Shown in pieces: positions 25,797-38,412 of a DNA stretch of 64,000 bases. This stretch comes from Octopus bimaculoides (taxonomy: Eukaryota). How positions within the stretch are numbered: the stretch's first letter is position 1; every line of letters begins with the position of its first letter. The stretch spans positions 65,499,387-65,563,386 of the forward strand of contig NC_068981.1 of NCBI RefSeq assembly GCF_001194135.2. The letters run 5' to 3'. The notes beneath the pieces were generated by a model, which was not told where the DNA came from, did not search any database, and saw only the letters and a program-made list of their open reading frames with translations. Position numbers and translations under genes: made by a program.

Positions 25797-25925
25797 GGTT
25801 GGTTGGTTGGTTGGTTGGTTGGTAAGCTGGTTGGTTGAATGGAAGGATAGTTGGCTGGTTGGTAGGCTGGGTGGATGGATTGATGGTTGACTAGTTGAAT
25901 AGTTGGTTGGTTGGTTGGTTGGATG
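25797..25925. repeat. (GGTT)n degenerate microsatellite
   Basis: Direct reading. Confidence 0.85.
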
Positions 25926-26327
25926 ATTTGTTGTTGAGCAAATCTATGAGGAAAGGGTTTCCAGCCACATCATCATCATGATCATCATTTAATATCTGTC
26001 TTCCAGGCTGGCATGAGTTGAATGATTTGGCAGGAACCAGCCAGGTAGAAGACTACACCAGGCTACTGTGACTGTTGTGGATTGGTTTTTATGGCTAGCT
26101 GCCCTTCCTAACACCAACCACCCCATAGACTGGACTGAGTGCTTTTTTACATGGCACCAGCACAGGTTTAGTCAGTTTTGGCATGGTTTTTACTGCTGGA
26201 TGCCCCTCCAAATGCCAACCACTTCACACTATCCTATTTATTTTTCGGGCATAATGTCTAGATATCCATTCTCTTATTGTGCCCTTCTTTTCTAAGTCAA
26301 TAAATAGTATGATTTCAAGAAATGACC

Positions 26328-26697
26328 ATGTGGCTTGTAACTTGCTTACCAACCACATGATTCCAGGTTCAGTCCCACTGCATGGCACCTTGGGCAAGTG
26401 TCTTCTACTATAGCCTTGGGCCGACCAAAGCCTTGTGAGTGGATTTGGTAGATAGAAACTGAAAGAAGCCCATCATATGTATGTGTGTGCATGTGTCCAT
26501 GTTTGTCCCCCCCCCCCATCGCTTGACAACCGATGCTGGTGTGTTTATGTACCTGTAACTTAGCAGTTCAGCAAAAGAGACCAATAGGATAAGTACTAGG
26601 TTTACAAAGAATAAGTCCTGTGGTCAATTTGTTCAACTATAGACAGTGCTCCAGCATGGCTGCAGTCAAATGACTGAAGCAAATAAAAAAATAAACG
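26328..26697 (+). mobile_element. tRNA-derived SINE, family B (near full length)
   Basis: GTGGCTTGTAACTTGC...GGTTCAGTCCCACTG...CCTTGGGCAAGTGTCTTCTACTATAGCC...GACTGAAGCAAATAAAA. More than ten related copies in the window in both orientations. Confidence 0.75.
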
Positions 26698-28021
26698 AAT
26701 AACTGACTGTTAGAGTATCAGATAGAATGCTTTGCAATATTTGCTCCAGTTCTATCCACACTGAGTTCAAATCCTGCGAAGGTCATCTTTATCTTTTGTC
26801 CTTCAGTGGGTGGATGGTGGTGTTAATAAAATAACCAGTTCAGGATAGTGGCTTGGCTGAAAGAGCATCTTGTAAGATACCTTACAATATCTGTTCCAGC
26901 TCATTGCAAATGAGTTCAAAATTCATCCTCTTATCATTGACATTCAGAGCTGAAAACAGAACCTTCAGGACCTGACTAATAGTGAGAAGCCTCCACTTTC
27001 AGACAGAGTAACAATGTGTTAATTAGAGCAACATCTTGTTGGCATCAATGCAAAAAAAAATTGTAATAATAATTTAAAATTTTTAGATAATGGGAAAAAA
27101 AAAAAGAAAAGCAGCCCTTGCAAAGCAGGATAAATAAAGTGTGATTGAAGGAGTTAATAGGCACTATTTCTAGCTAGACAAATGACTACATAGATTTTTC
27201 CATTGTTATAATCAGTGGCAGCATAAGTGTTGATGAGACAGGATTGTTTGCTTAGTTGTGATAACATGCCAAATTTGCCAGTTATTTTATTCATTTTTTT
27301 GTTTGTTTTGTTTTTTGTTTTTGTTTTTTTTTTAAATTCCATTGACAAGTCAGGAACTTAGATACATGGGTTATAGTTTGTTCTCTTTTAATGGATTTAG
27401 TCTTTAGAATGTAGCCATGCTGGGGTTCAAGTGTATAGTTGGTTATATTGACTTCAGCCCTTGACTGGTGCTTATTTCCTTGATCTCAGAAAGATGAAAG
27501 TCAGTGATTTGAACTTAGAACAGAAAGGAATGTAACCAAATAAGACAAGATATATTATGTGATACTGGTTGCTTTATTCATAAAGATTCTTCAAACTTAC
27601 AGCATTCAGAAAAATTGAATTATGAATCGAGTGAGCTGTTTTCAAAGTTGTCCAGCTCAATCAATCTAGCAACTAACAAGAGTACCTCTATGTAATCACT
27701 TGATATGCTACAAATAATAATGAAGTTCCCTCATTTTACATAGTACATGTTGGCCAATATAATTCGAGATGTAGAAAATGATGTGATGATGATGGCCAGA
27801 ATATCTTTAATCTAGCAGCTAAATGTCATTCTCAATTCTTCTCACAATCGTTGAAGTGAACATCACTTAGGATATAGAAAAGAGTATTTTCAAAGACAGT
27901 AAGTAAAAGATTCCTTATGAGTTTGGGTAGATATTCAGCTTCTCAAAAGCTCTTTGGTGGATTTCATCATTTATATTTTAGCTTGTGTTTCTTTTAGTTC
28001 ATTATGTTAGAGAGACACCCT

Positions 28022-28310
28022 CAGTCATGAATGATCATGAGATTGCATCTAGAAAGTTCCCTTCCAATGCACAAGACTGAGCAAGGTTGTTTATGAAAGA
28101 CCAGCAGTCGTCCATGCATACCAGCCACCCCTCTCAAAGGTAAAAACCGATACAGCATGGCACCAGTGATGTCACAACTCATTTCTACAGCTGAGTGAAC
28201 TGGAGCAATGCGAAAAAGTGTCTTGCTCAAGAACACAACACACAGCCCAGTCCGGGAGTTAAATTCACTATCTCATGATTGTGTGCCTGACGCTCTAGCT
28301 GCTGAGCCAT
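28022..28310 (-). mobile_element. tRNA-derived SINE, family C
   Basis: Reverse complement of 57668-57992. Confidence 0.7.
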
Positions 28311-29134
28311 GTTAGAAGGGTTAAAAAAGAGTTTTGTTTTCAATGACCTAATTATTTTCAATGTCACAATTTTGGGCAGCAGCTATCTGTAATACCAATT
28401 ACATGTAAGTATTTGCAGATGGATTTGTAGAATGGTTGTGACGTTCTTAACTATTGACCACACTGAAACCTTCTGAAAGCCATTGTGTTGCACCTCTCAG
28501 AAGCATGAAGTAAAACCCCACATACTGCAGTCTCACTAGATGACAACCAGTTCTGCTTCTATTTCCTAGTTGAGTGGCTTATGGTAAAGGCATAACAGTG
28601 ATTTCTGAAAAGGAATACTGGCTATTCCAACAAATATAAAAAAAAAATTGCAACATTGTGTACAATTAGTAATCTTGTTGATCAAAATTTCTCCAAATTT
28701 CTAATCTGTCAAACCATAATAGACTTACTGAACCATCATTGAACCCATCCCAGTCACTCTCTCTGGAAAATTGCATAGTAATGCTTCAGTTTAGTGGAAG
28801 AAATTATGAAAATTTTCTCCCCTACTTTCATGCCTTTATGACATGGGTGAGTTGCTTAATTATGAAAATATTCTTTGTTCAATCTTTGCTTGTATGACAT
28901 GGGAATGCTGAAATGGGCTTTGACAGTTTTTTTCATGTCATGATGGAGTAGAGTAAGGAGACTGTGAGCCAGAGTAATTGAAAGTCTTTGTTGCTTAATG
29001 TTCAGTGAGAGAAGTGAGTTGTGAGGTTGAGTGGAATCTATGGATGTGCACATGCTACCTTTTAGAACTAAGTTTAAGTAAAAGGTCTACCCTGGACGAC
29101 AGAGATAAACAGTGACAAGTTACTATCGTTTATC

Positions 29135-29520
29135 TTTTACTTGTTTCAATCATTTGACTGCAGCCATACTGGGGCACCACCTTGAAGAATTTTTAGTCAA
29201 ATGAATCAACACCAGTACTTATGTTTTCTTAAGCCTGGTATTCTATTAGTCTCTTTTGCCGAACCACTACGTTACAGGGATGTAAACATATCAAGATTGG
29301 TTGTCAGTCGATGGTGAAGGACAAACACAGGCACAAACACACACACACACACGCATGCATGCGCAATGAGTTTCTGTTTTTTCTATCTACCAAATTCATT
29401 CACAAGGCTTTGGTCAGCCCAAGGCTATAGTAGAAGACACTTGCCCAAGGTGCCATACAGTGGGACTGAACTTGGAACCATGTGGCTGAAGCAAACTTCT
29501 GACCACACGGCCACACCTAA
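29135..29520 (-). mobile_element. tRNA-derived SINE, family B
   Basis: Reverse complement of the 26328-26697 type. Confidence 0.7.
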
Positions 29521-31297
29521 CATTTAATTTAAATGTTTTCAACCCCTTGAATTTTAGTAATCCCTCTGTTGACTGGCCTCCAAACCATTTTTCAACTCCT
29601 TGCACAGTTTCATTTCTTTTGTATGTGATGTGTTAACTACTTTGGAAATTGCTGCTGTAGAACAACCATAAACAGGAGTTGCTATTATCTTATATTATTG
29701 GTGAGGAGGGTGGCTTTCAGACTAAAATGAAATGTGTTTCCACATACAAGAAAATTGAAAAACAAACAGAAAGGAGGTGGAAAGAGAATGCAATGTCTTA
29801 TCTCGTTACTTATTTGTGTGTGTGTGTATTTATATTTTATGTTTGATGTTTTTTCTTAAATTTGCTCCCCACTTCTCACTTTTATTTTTATTTTGAATAT
29901 GTGATAAGAGATCAAAAAAGAGTTTAATCACATGCATGTTTAACAGTAATTGAAAGTAAATTGTCATTGTGATGGTGAGGATTGGTCTTAAGGGGCCTCT
30001 TGACTTGCTTGAAATAGCAATCAAATTTCCCTCAAATCTTTTCCTATTATCTTAAAGAAAAGACTGGTAACAATGATTGCTGTTAGTCCTAGAAACATTA
30101 TGTGTGAAAACATAATTATGGAATGATCACTGCTGATATGTCTCTGATAATCACCTGTTCGATCAGAGTGGACTTTGGGGTCTAAACAGTAACAAGGAAA
30201 CAAATGAAAACCAACAACACAAAACAACCACAAGAAAAACCTAATTTCACAGATTTTTCAAACAAGAATATTCAATTTCATTCTTTCTTTCTTTCTTTGC
30301 AGTTTTAATAGCTTAGAGCTCAAGAGTAAATTTGATTTTAATAAAAAAAAAACAATTTAAAAAATCCACTAAGTATCTAAATTAGTTTAGTGATGAGCAT
30401 CATGTATATGTGCATGCATGTTGCATGTGTGCTGTTGCTTGAAGGGACATGTGTCATTTAGCTTCAACTTTGCTTTTCCTGTTTTTAGCATTGCTGATTT
30501 ATTGAATTCAAACCAGTTTTGCATGATATCCCTGTTAGTTTTTCATTTTTATTTTATTGTTTTCTTTTCATTTCACTTCATAATCTTGTTGTTTACGTTG
30601 TTGTCTTGGTAGTGGTGGGTTGAGACACATAGCTTGAGTTTAGCAGAAACAAATGAATTCTTTTTCAGATATGAAAAACAAAGGTAAAAGACAATAAATA
30701 GTTATAGCTCAATGTGAATGCAGTAGTGTTTCTTTTGTTGACTCTTCAGTGTATTTTCTATTATGCTGTAAGTATTCTGACAATGCCTACTCATCACATT
30801 AATACAATTAAAGTCTGTGCTTATTTTGAATTCTGTACATACAGAATTGTACATCCCTCACTTTTTACTCTGACCATCAATTTCTACTGCCAAAATGCAG
30901 TTGCAAATTTTCCTCATTTTTCTAATTCTAAAGAAGTAACAATAAGAAACTGTAAGCATATAAGTCAGTCCGACAACGCCAATGACCAGTGTAAGTTTGA
31001 AGTCTTTGTCAACCTTTCTATTTCTGTTTATTGAACTAGTTACTCCCTGTCTATTGCTAAAAACATCATCATCATTGTCGTCCCCACTATAATACCTGTT
31101 TGTCCATACTTGCATGACTTGGATGGAGTTTGCCAAGGCAGATTTTCCATAGTCAGATGCCCTTCCTGTCACCAACACTTAGCTTGCTTGGAAGGTAACA
31201 GAATACTGGAAATGAATGACGTCTTCTATGAGAGTAACAAGCATTTGCAAACTATCACGCAATGCCAAAACAAGGGTGCACACATGCACGCACGCAT

Positions 31298-31339
<42 letters not shown>

Positions 31340-32927
31340 TTCACCTTCCAAATCTATTCACAAGGCCTTGGCTAGCCTGGTGCTGAACCTGAAACTGTGT
31401 GACTGGAAAATAAACTTTATAATTTGTTAGTTCCTTTTAATACTCCACTACTGATTGATTCTTTTATGAGCAGAGGCACAACAATATGTTCTAAGATCAC
31501 TTCTGCTGTGCAGTATCTTGGTTAAGTGAACTTAGTACTATCATCTGGCCCTTGGGTACTGTTAGTAACATCCACTCTCGTGCAAGCATTCTTTCTAGAT
31601 CTGATCTGTAACTGACCTCGGGCCAATCAATGCTTTGTAGGTAAATTTGTTTGATGAAAACTGAAAGGTGTTCATTTCATGTATGTATGCATGCATGTGA
31701 TCATTTTAATGATAACTCTTCCATAATTACATAGGTTAGATGTAGTTTACTGCGGCAAATTTTCTACAACCAAATGCTCTTCCTGCTGCCAACCTTCACT
31801 ATTTTTCAAACAAACAGATATTTCCCCATAACCAAACATGTTTTCATGGAAAATTGGAAATGAATAGCATTCATTTACAACAATCACGCAATGTCAACAC
31901 AAGGAGATACAAACATACACACACTTCTCTCAGTTTCTATCTAAAAATTCAATCACAGAGCTATAGTAGAGGACACTTACCAAAGGTGCCACACAGTGGG
32001 ACTGGACATTATACCATATGGTTGGGAAGCAATCTTTTTAGCCACAAATGCATGTCTGCTCCTCTGAGTGTGTGTCCTTGTGCAATAGATGTAAACAAAA
32101 GTCAATGTCATCCAGCTATGAGGAAATATTACTTTGCTTGGAAACAGTGCAGGTTGGTGACAGGAAGGGCACCAAGTTGTAGAAAATCTCAGTGAATTCT
32201 GTCAGGTCAATGCCAGTATGGAAAAGTGGTTGTTAGAACTATGACATAGTGTGGCACTATATTATTCAATGTCTCCACTTTTTACCGGACAGCATTGTTT
32301 GATTTGAAGGATATTTGGCTGCTATTTCTAGATAATCAATTAACTGCAAAAGAGGTTTATGTATATCCTATTGTGAATATTTCTGTGTGTGTGAATGTTT
32401 CTGTGTGTGTGTGTAATAGCGGAGAATATAAGTGGGAAGATTTCATCTGCAAGTCTGAGTAAGCTGTGTTTTAAAAAATATCATTGCTACAGAGATGCTG
32501 TGATCATTGAATCATTAAATGGTACATCAGTTACTGTTGGTGCTGCTACTACAGACTTCAGCAGTACATCTATCTTATAAACATGAGTGAAGGCTGAGAT
32601 CCACTTAAGCTTTCTTCCTGTCAGATGATGCATGCATAGTTTATAAGGTCCATTAGTTTGCTTTAAAGCATAAGTATTATCAAACTGTATACTGAATTAA
32701 TCACAGGAACCATCCTCTTATAGCTTAATCATTGTCATCAGCAGCAGTCACTAATCAACACTTATGAGAAATCTTCGTTTATAGTAAACCAATTGTGGAA
32801 AATTTAATATTTTGTAATGACATGAAGAATATATCATTAACTCAGTTCTCACCCCACTTAATATTTATACCCCTATTGACTCTGTAGCATATGTGTTGTT
32901 AGTCTCTTTTACTAGTTTCAGCTATTG

Positions 32928-34756
32928 CAGAGGTGGGTAGTTATTTTGGCTCAGGGGCCACTTTGAGAGGGTTAGCGGAGGGCCACACCTTCTATAACTG
33001 ATCATATTCATTTGTTAACATAACATTTCATTTGATGCAAGGTGTAAATTACATAATAATAATAAATAAATAAAACTAAAACAATAGTGGTACTCAGAAA
33101 AGGTTTCATTAAATTTATTTATGTGCAAATTACACATCAGCCACTACAAGTAATTTAATGAGACAAATGTAACCTGTCACACTTATTCACAATTCTTTTG
33201 AAATCAAGAGTGAAGTTGCTTGTTGAGATCTTCATCACTACCTCCAAGTTTATGTCAGTCACAGAGGATCTATTTTTACTCTTGTTGATTTTAATGCAAG
33301 AAAAACTTTGCTCACAAACATATGTGGATCCAAAAATAGAAAACATTTTCCCAGTAAACTTCTTCACACATAGAAATTTGTCAGTTGATAGACATTTGTA
33401 AAATTCTATCAATGTAACAGAATTAAAAACATTTCTTTCAGTGTGTGATCTGACTGTATGTCAATTGTTCAAGCTGCACCTCCTCAGGTGCTGTATCAAT
33501 ATCAGCAGTGAAAGGATAAGAAAAATATTTAAATCAGGCTCAATTTTCTTAAAATCCTGAAATCTTGTGACCTCATCCTCCAAACTCAGCAAGTGATCCC
33601 TAATCTTGGAAGAAACACTTGCAGTCACTTTCTGTTTTCTTAATATAATAAAGGTAAATGACAAAACTTGCCCTCACCTGCTTGCCTTGCAAATAGACCT
33701 AGTTTTGTTTTGAATTATCTCACATGCCTAAACATTTGATGTACAAACAACCCCTTTCCCTGCAATGTCATATTCAATTCATTTTATTTCTCAAACATAT
33801 CAGCTGCAAACATTACCTCATTTCTCCACTCCTCACATCCCATTTTGGTCACAAAATCACATGAAAGCCCCTTCATGTCCAAAAAGAGGTGGATTTCATT
33901 CTGTAATTCCCATTCCCAAACCCTTTTTAGCATTTTGCCCAGGCTCAACCACCAAACACTGTTGTGGTAAATCACATCTCCATAATCTGCCTCCATATCC
34001 TCAAGCAGAGATTTAAATTGTTGATGGTAGAGCACCCTTGTTCTGGTTGTGTTCACCATTCTCACTACAGGATCCACCACATGCTTTAGGTCCAGTGCAG
34101 CTTTACAGTGGCTTTCCTGATGCAAAATACAATGAAATGACAAGATATCACTATCTGAGTGTTCTGCTTTTAACTTGTTCACTAAAAGTTTAATCATACC
34201 CATATTGTTTCCAGTAAATGCTCTGGCTCCATCTTTTATAATACTTGCCATTCTATTCCATGACAAGGTACTTTTCTCCACACAATCCACTACACATTCA
34301 ATGGGTGTATTTGTCATTGGTTCCAAACTAAATAGTTCCTCTGTGATGATGAAATTTTCATCAATTCAACAGACAAAGATAAGTAACTCGCACTGTTCAG
34401 CTGTTCTGTTAGTTTGTCACAAATTCTGTCCATATGCCATACCATAGATCTTCTTGATAATGAAATGGTTTTGAATTTTGCTTCTTGCGTCAGAGCACAG
34501 GACTCTTGCGCAATCTTCCAGGCAATGCTCAACAAATTCACCATCAGAAAATGGCTTGTTGTTTTTAGCGAGGTTGTATGCTACCATGGAATAAATATGG
34601 TTTGTTGCTTCTTCAGCTTCGTAAAACACTCTGTAGATTTTTCCCTGCATTCTTCCTCAGACATTTCTCTACCAAACTCACCATGTTTTGTTTGGTGGTG
34701 GTGTTTCAAATTGTATTCTTCGAATACAGCAGCCATCTCATAAATTGCCCACCCTG
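32928..34756 (-). mobile_element. Internally deleted, frameshifted hAT transposon (SPIN/GTF2IRD2-like transposase)
   Basis: Imperfect TIRs CAGAGGTGGGTAGTTAT / rc CAGGGTGGGCAATTTAT; 8-bp TSD AGCTATTG 32920-27 / AACTATTG 34757-64. Minus-strand fragments: EYNLKHHHQTKH, KPFSDGEFVEHCL, FHCILHQESHC, VWWLSLGKML, and the dimerisation motif FGSTYVCEQSFSCIKINKSKNRS. Confidence 0.88.
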
Positions 34757-35262
34757 AACTATTGGACTGTAGCCATGCTGACACACTGCCTTTTCAGGGT
34801 TTGGTCATTTGTCAGTCATATCACCCCTCTGTAACTATTTCATTCTGGTATTTAATTTATCAATTGCTATTTAGCTAACTACTTAGTTACATAAATGGAC
34901 ACAAAATATACAACACAGGATTTTAGACTGGTGTAAACAAGAACACTAACACAAATATACAACAGGCTTCAGCACATTTTCTGTTTATCAAATTCCACTC
35001 ATAAGTTATTGGCCACCTTAAGGCTACAATAGTAGAAAGCAATTTAGCTAAAGTGCCATGCACTCATACAGAACCTTAAACCATTGTATAACAAGGCAAA
35101 GTTTTGAAATTATAAAGGGTGATAAATTGACAGAAGTGTTAGTGCTATACAGTATTTGTTTTGGCACCACAACATTCAGAGTTCAAATTCAACCAAGGTC
35201 AACTTTGCCTTTCATCCTTCTCTGGTCAATAAAACAAGTATATGTTAAGTACTGGGGTTGAT

Positions 35263-35491
35263 TTAACCCTTTAGCACTCAGATTACTGTCAAATTTCATG
35301 CTTAACTTATCTATTCACACTGGTTTAAATTAATCCTGCATTATCTCATAACTTCAAGATTTTGATGCTGTAACTTTATTTTTAGAACAATATTGAAGGA
35401 TAAGTATGAGAAGCCAAATTTGGCTGATTTGAACATAGAACAGGTTGAATACTTGAGCCAAATATGGCTAGTTCAAATGTTAATGGGTCAA
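35263..35491. mobile_element. TTAA-flanked piggyBac-like MITE nested in a SINE
   Basis: TTAACCCTTTAGCACTCAG...AATGTTAATGGGTCAA, directly following the SINE segment AGTACTGGGGTTGAT. Confidence 0.6.
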
Positions 35492-36045
35492 TCACCTTCT
35501 GGTTTATGCCTACATGCAGTGAGCTAACATGGTAGCGTCCAAAATCCCCATCCAACTGATTGGAGTACACTGCCATCACATCAGTATTATCTCTCAGTAA
35601 CACCACATCATCATCATCATCATAATCTCATCCACTTTTCCATGCTTGTATGGGTCAGACATAATATATCAAGGCAGATTTTCTACAACTGGATACCTTT
35701 CCTATTGCCAAACCTCACCTGTTTCCCAGTAAGGTAATATATTTCCTCATGGCCAAACATGTTTTTGCAAAATATTAGAAATGAACGACATTCATTTAAA
35801 ACAGTCATACAATATCAAGAACTGGAGACACAGACACATACATAAACACTCACACAGACACAAACACACATGTTTCTTTCAGTTTCTATCTATCAAATCC
35901 TTTCACAAGGCTTCGGTTGGCCCAGGACTATAGTAAAAGACATTTGCCCAAGGTGCCACACAATGGGACTGAATCAGAAACCTGTGATTGGGAAGCAAAC
36001 TTCTTAACCTCACAGCCATGTCTGTGCCTATATTGCAAATACATT

Positions 36046-36077
<32 letters not shown>

Positions 36078-36118
36078 AATTTATTGTTCACTCAGATATA
36101 CACATATAAGTGTGTGTG

Positions 36119-36200
<82 letters not shown>

Positions 36201-37462
36201 ACCCATGCTGGCATGGACTATGGATGTTAAATGATGATGATGATGATGATGGTATATATGAGTGAATGATAGGAAGTGCTCTAAAAATGGTAAAGCACAA
36301 GAGAAAAAGATGTTTAAAATTGCAAATTAATAGATCTAAGATGGTGTTTACAAACCAATATTGTGAGTCCGAACAGCTGAAATTGAAATATGAATTCAAG
36401 TTGATGAAATGAAAATAGGAGTGGGAGAGAATCTATTTAAAGACAGAAATGAAAATCTAAGTTAAATCATAATTCAATACTGAAAACAATTTGAATCAAA
36501 TGAAAAATTATAATTAAATGAAAATAATGAGAATAAAATTCTTTATTGATTCAGATTTAATTTGTTTTGAATTACAATTTAAGTTTAAATTTCAATTCTG
36601 TGTTTTTTTTTCATTCAGTCCTGCCTCACTCCTATTTTAATTTCCTTAAATTATCACAGTATTGTCATTTGAAATTTCAAACAGAAAAACAAGATTAATG
36701 AAATGTAAAAAAGAAAGAAATAACTTAAATTGAAATTTCTATCATTGATCTGCTCACAAACACATATGGGTTTGGCTGTACAAACAAGTGAAAAATTATT
36801 TCATACATACAGAAGAATCTATTAATTTAGTCAAAGAAGGCAACAGACTGGCTAAATTGTTAGCATGCTGGACAAAATGCTAAGCAGCATTTCATATATC
36901 TTTGCATTCTGAATTCATATTTCACTGAGTGCAATTTTGACATTCATCATTTTGAAGTTGATGAAATAAGTACCAATTGAGCTCTGGGGCAATGTAATTG
37001 ACTAACCCCACCATCTTTCAGAATTTCAGACCTTGTGTCTATTGTGGAAAGGATTAATTTAATCAAAGGTGAATGATTCACTCCCCTGCTATTTTGAGTT
37101 TTTATGTGTATTGAAGTTCTGAGTGTCCTATGATTGGGAAACTTCAAACAACAGTGGATTAAACCATTTGCTTCAAATAAATGACAAGTGTGTGTGTGTA
37201 CATATGACACACACACACATTTGCTTATATGAAAACAAAAAAAAAAGTCACATCACTTTTGAAATGCTCCATTTTAATATACTCATGTAGTGTGGTGAAG
37301 TCAGATTATTCTAGCAGAACCTGTCTGAAGGGACACAATGAATAAAGTATTCCTAGAGATACTTTGACTGAAAAAATGGAATGGTCACAGATAAAGCTTG
37401 ATCAAGCAGATAGGTCTGCTTGGTCAAGACTGATCAGGGGCTAAACAACAATGCTCTCAACA

Positions 37463-37497
<35 letters not shown>

Positions 37498-37994
37498 TGC
37501 GGCTGCGGCGGCAAAAAAAAAAACAGAATTATTTACAGACTAAATAATGTTCATAAGTTTTTCCATACATCATCCTGTGATGCACCTTGATCCATCGTTA
37601 ATGATGTTTCCTGGAGGTCATTAAGTGTTTAAGGTCTTTCATCAGATACCTTCACCTAGGTGATCCAGCCAGTTTTTGTCCTGTTAGCACTACCACAGGT
37701 AACACTGCTCCTTCTAGGGCTCATACCTCCTGTCCACAGCCACCTTGAAGCAATCTCTGCTGCCTGATAGCTTTCTCCTTACTGGCTCCAGCAATGTCAA
37801 GCTTGTTGTAAGCTCTACAGAGGGATTAGCCTGCAAAACCCCTGCATCCCACTTTGATGGGCTCACACCCATTGCTTTGGGATCGCTCCTCCTGTTCAGT
37901 ATATTTCTTTCTCTTGCTCTCTATTTCTCACAAGTTTGTAAGGAGGAGTAGAGGAGTAATAGTCTGTGGTTGAACTGCATGACACACCTGCTAC

Positions 37995-38412
37995 TAATTG
38001 TGAAAGGAACCTGTGGAAGGAATAGACCTGGGAAGACATGAGACGAACTGGTGAGAAAAGATCTTTGAATGCTGGGCCTCACTGAGAATATAACAAGGGA
38101 TCAGGAGTTGTGGCAGTTTGTTGTACGTGGGAACATACATCCTGCTAAGTAAAAACTCTGTCATCCATACATACAGGTTTGTCCTTTACAGGTACCTGTG
38201 CCATGTAAAATGCACTCATGCCAATGCTGTGTAAATGCATTCATGCCAGTAAAAAGCACCCAGCACACTCTGATATGGTTGTTGTTAGGAAAGGCATCCA
38301 GCTATAGAAACCATGTCACAACAGACAATTGGAGCCTAGACAGCTCCATGTCAAATCATCCAACTCATACCAGCATGGAAAACGGACATTAACTGACGAT
38401 GATGATGATGAT
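37995..38412 (+). mobile_element. RTE-clade LINE 3' end
   Basis: GGAACCTGTGGAAGGAATAGACCTGGGAAGACATG.. is homologous to the 54776-55119 copy; ends CATGGAAAACGGACATTAACT(GAT)n. Confidence 0.6.
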
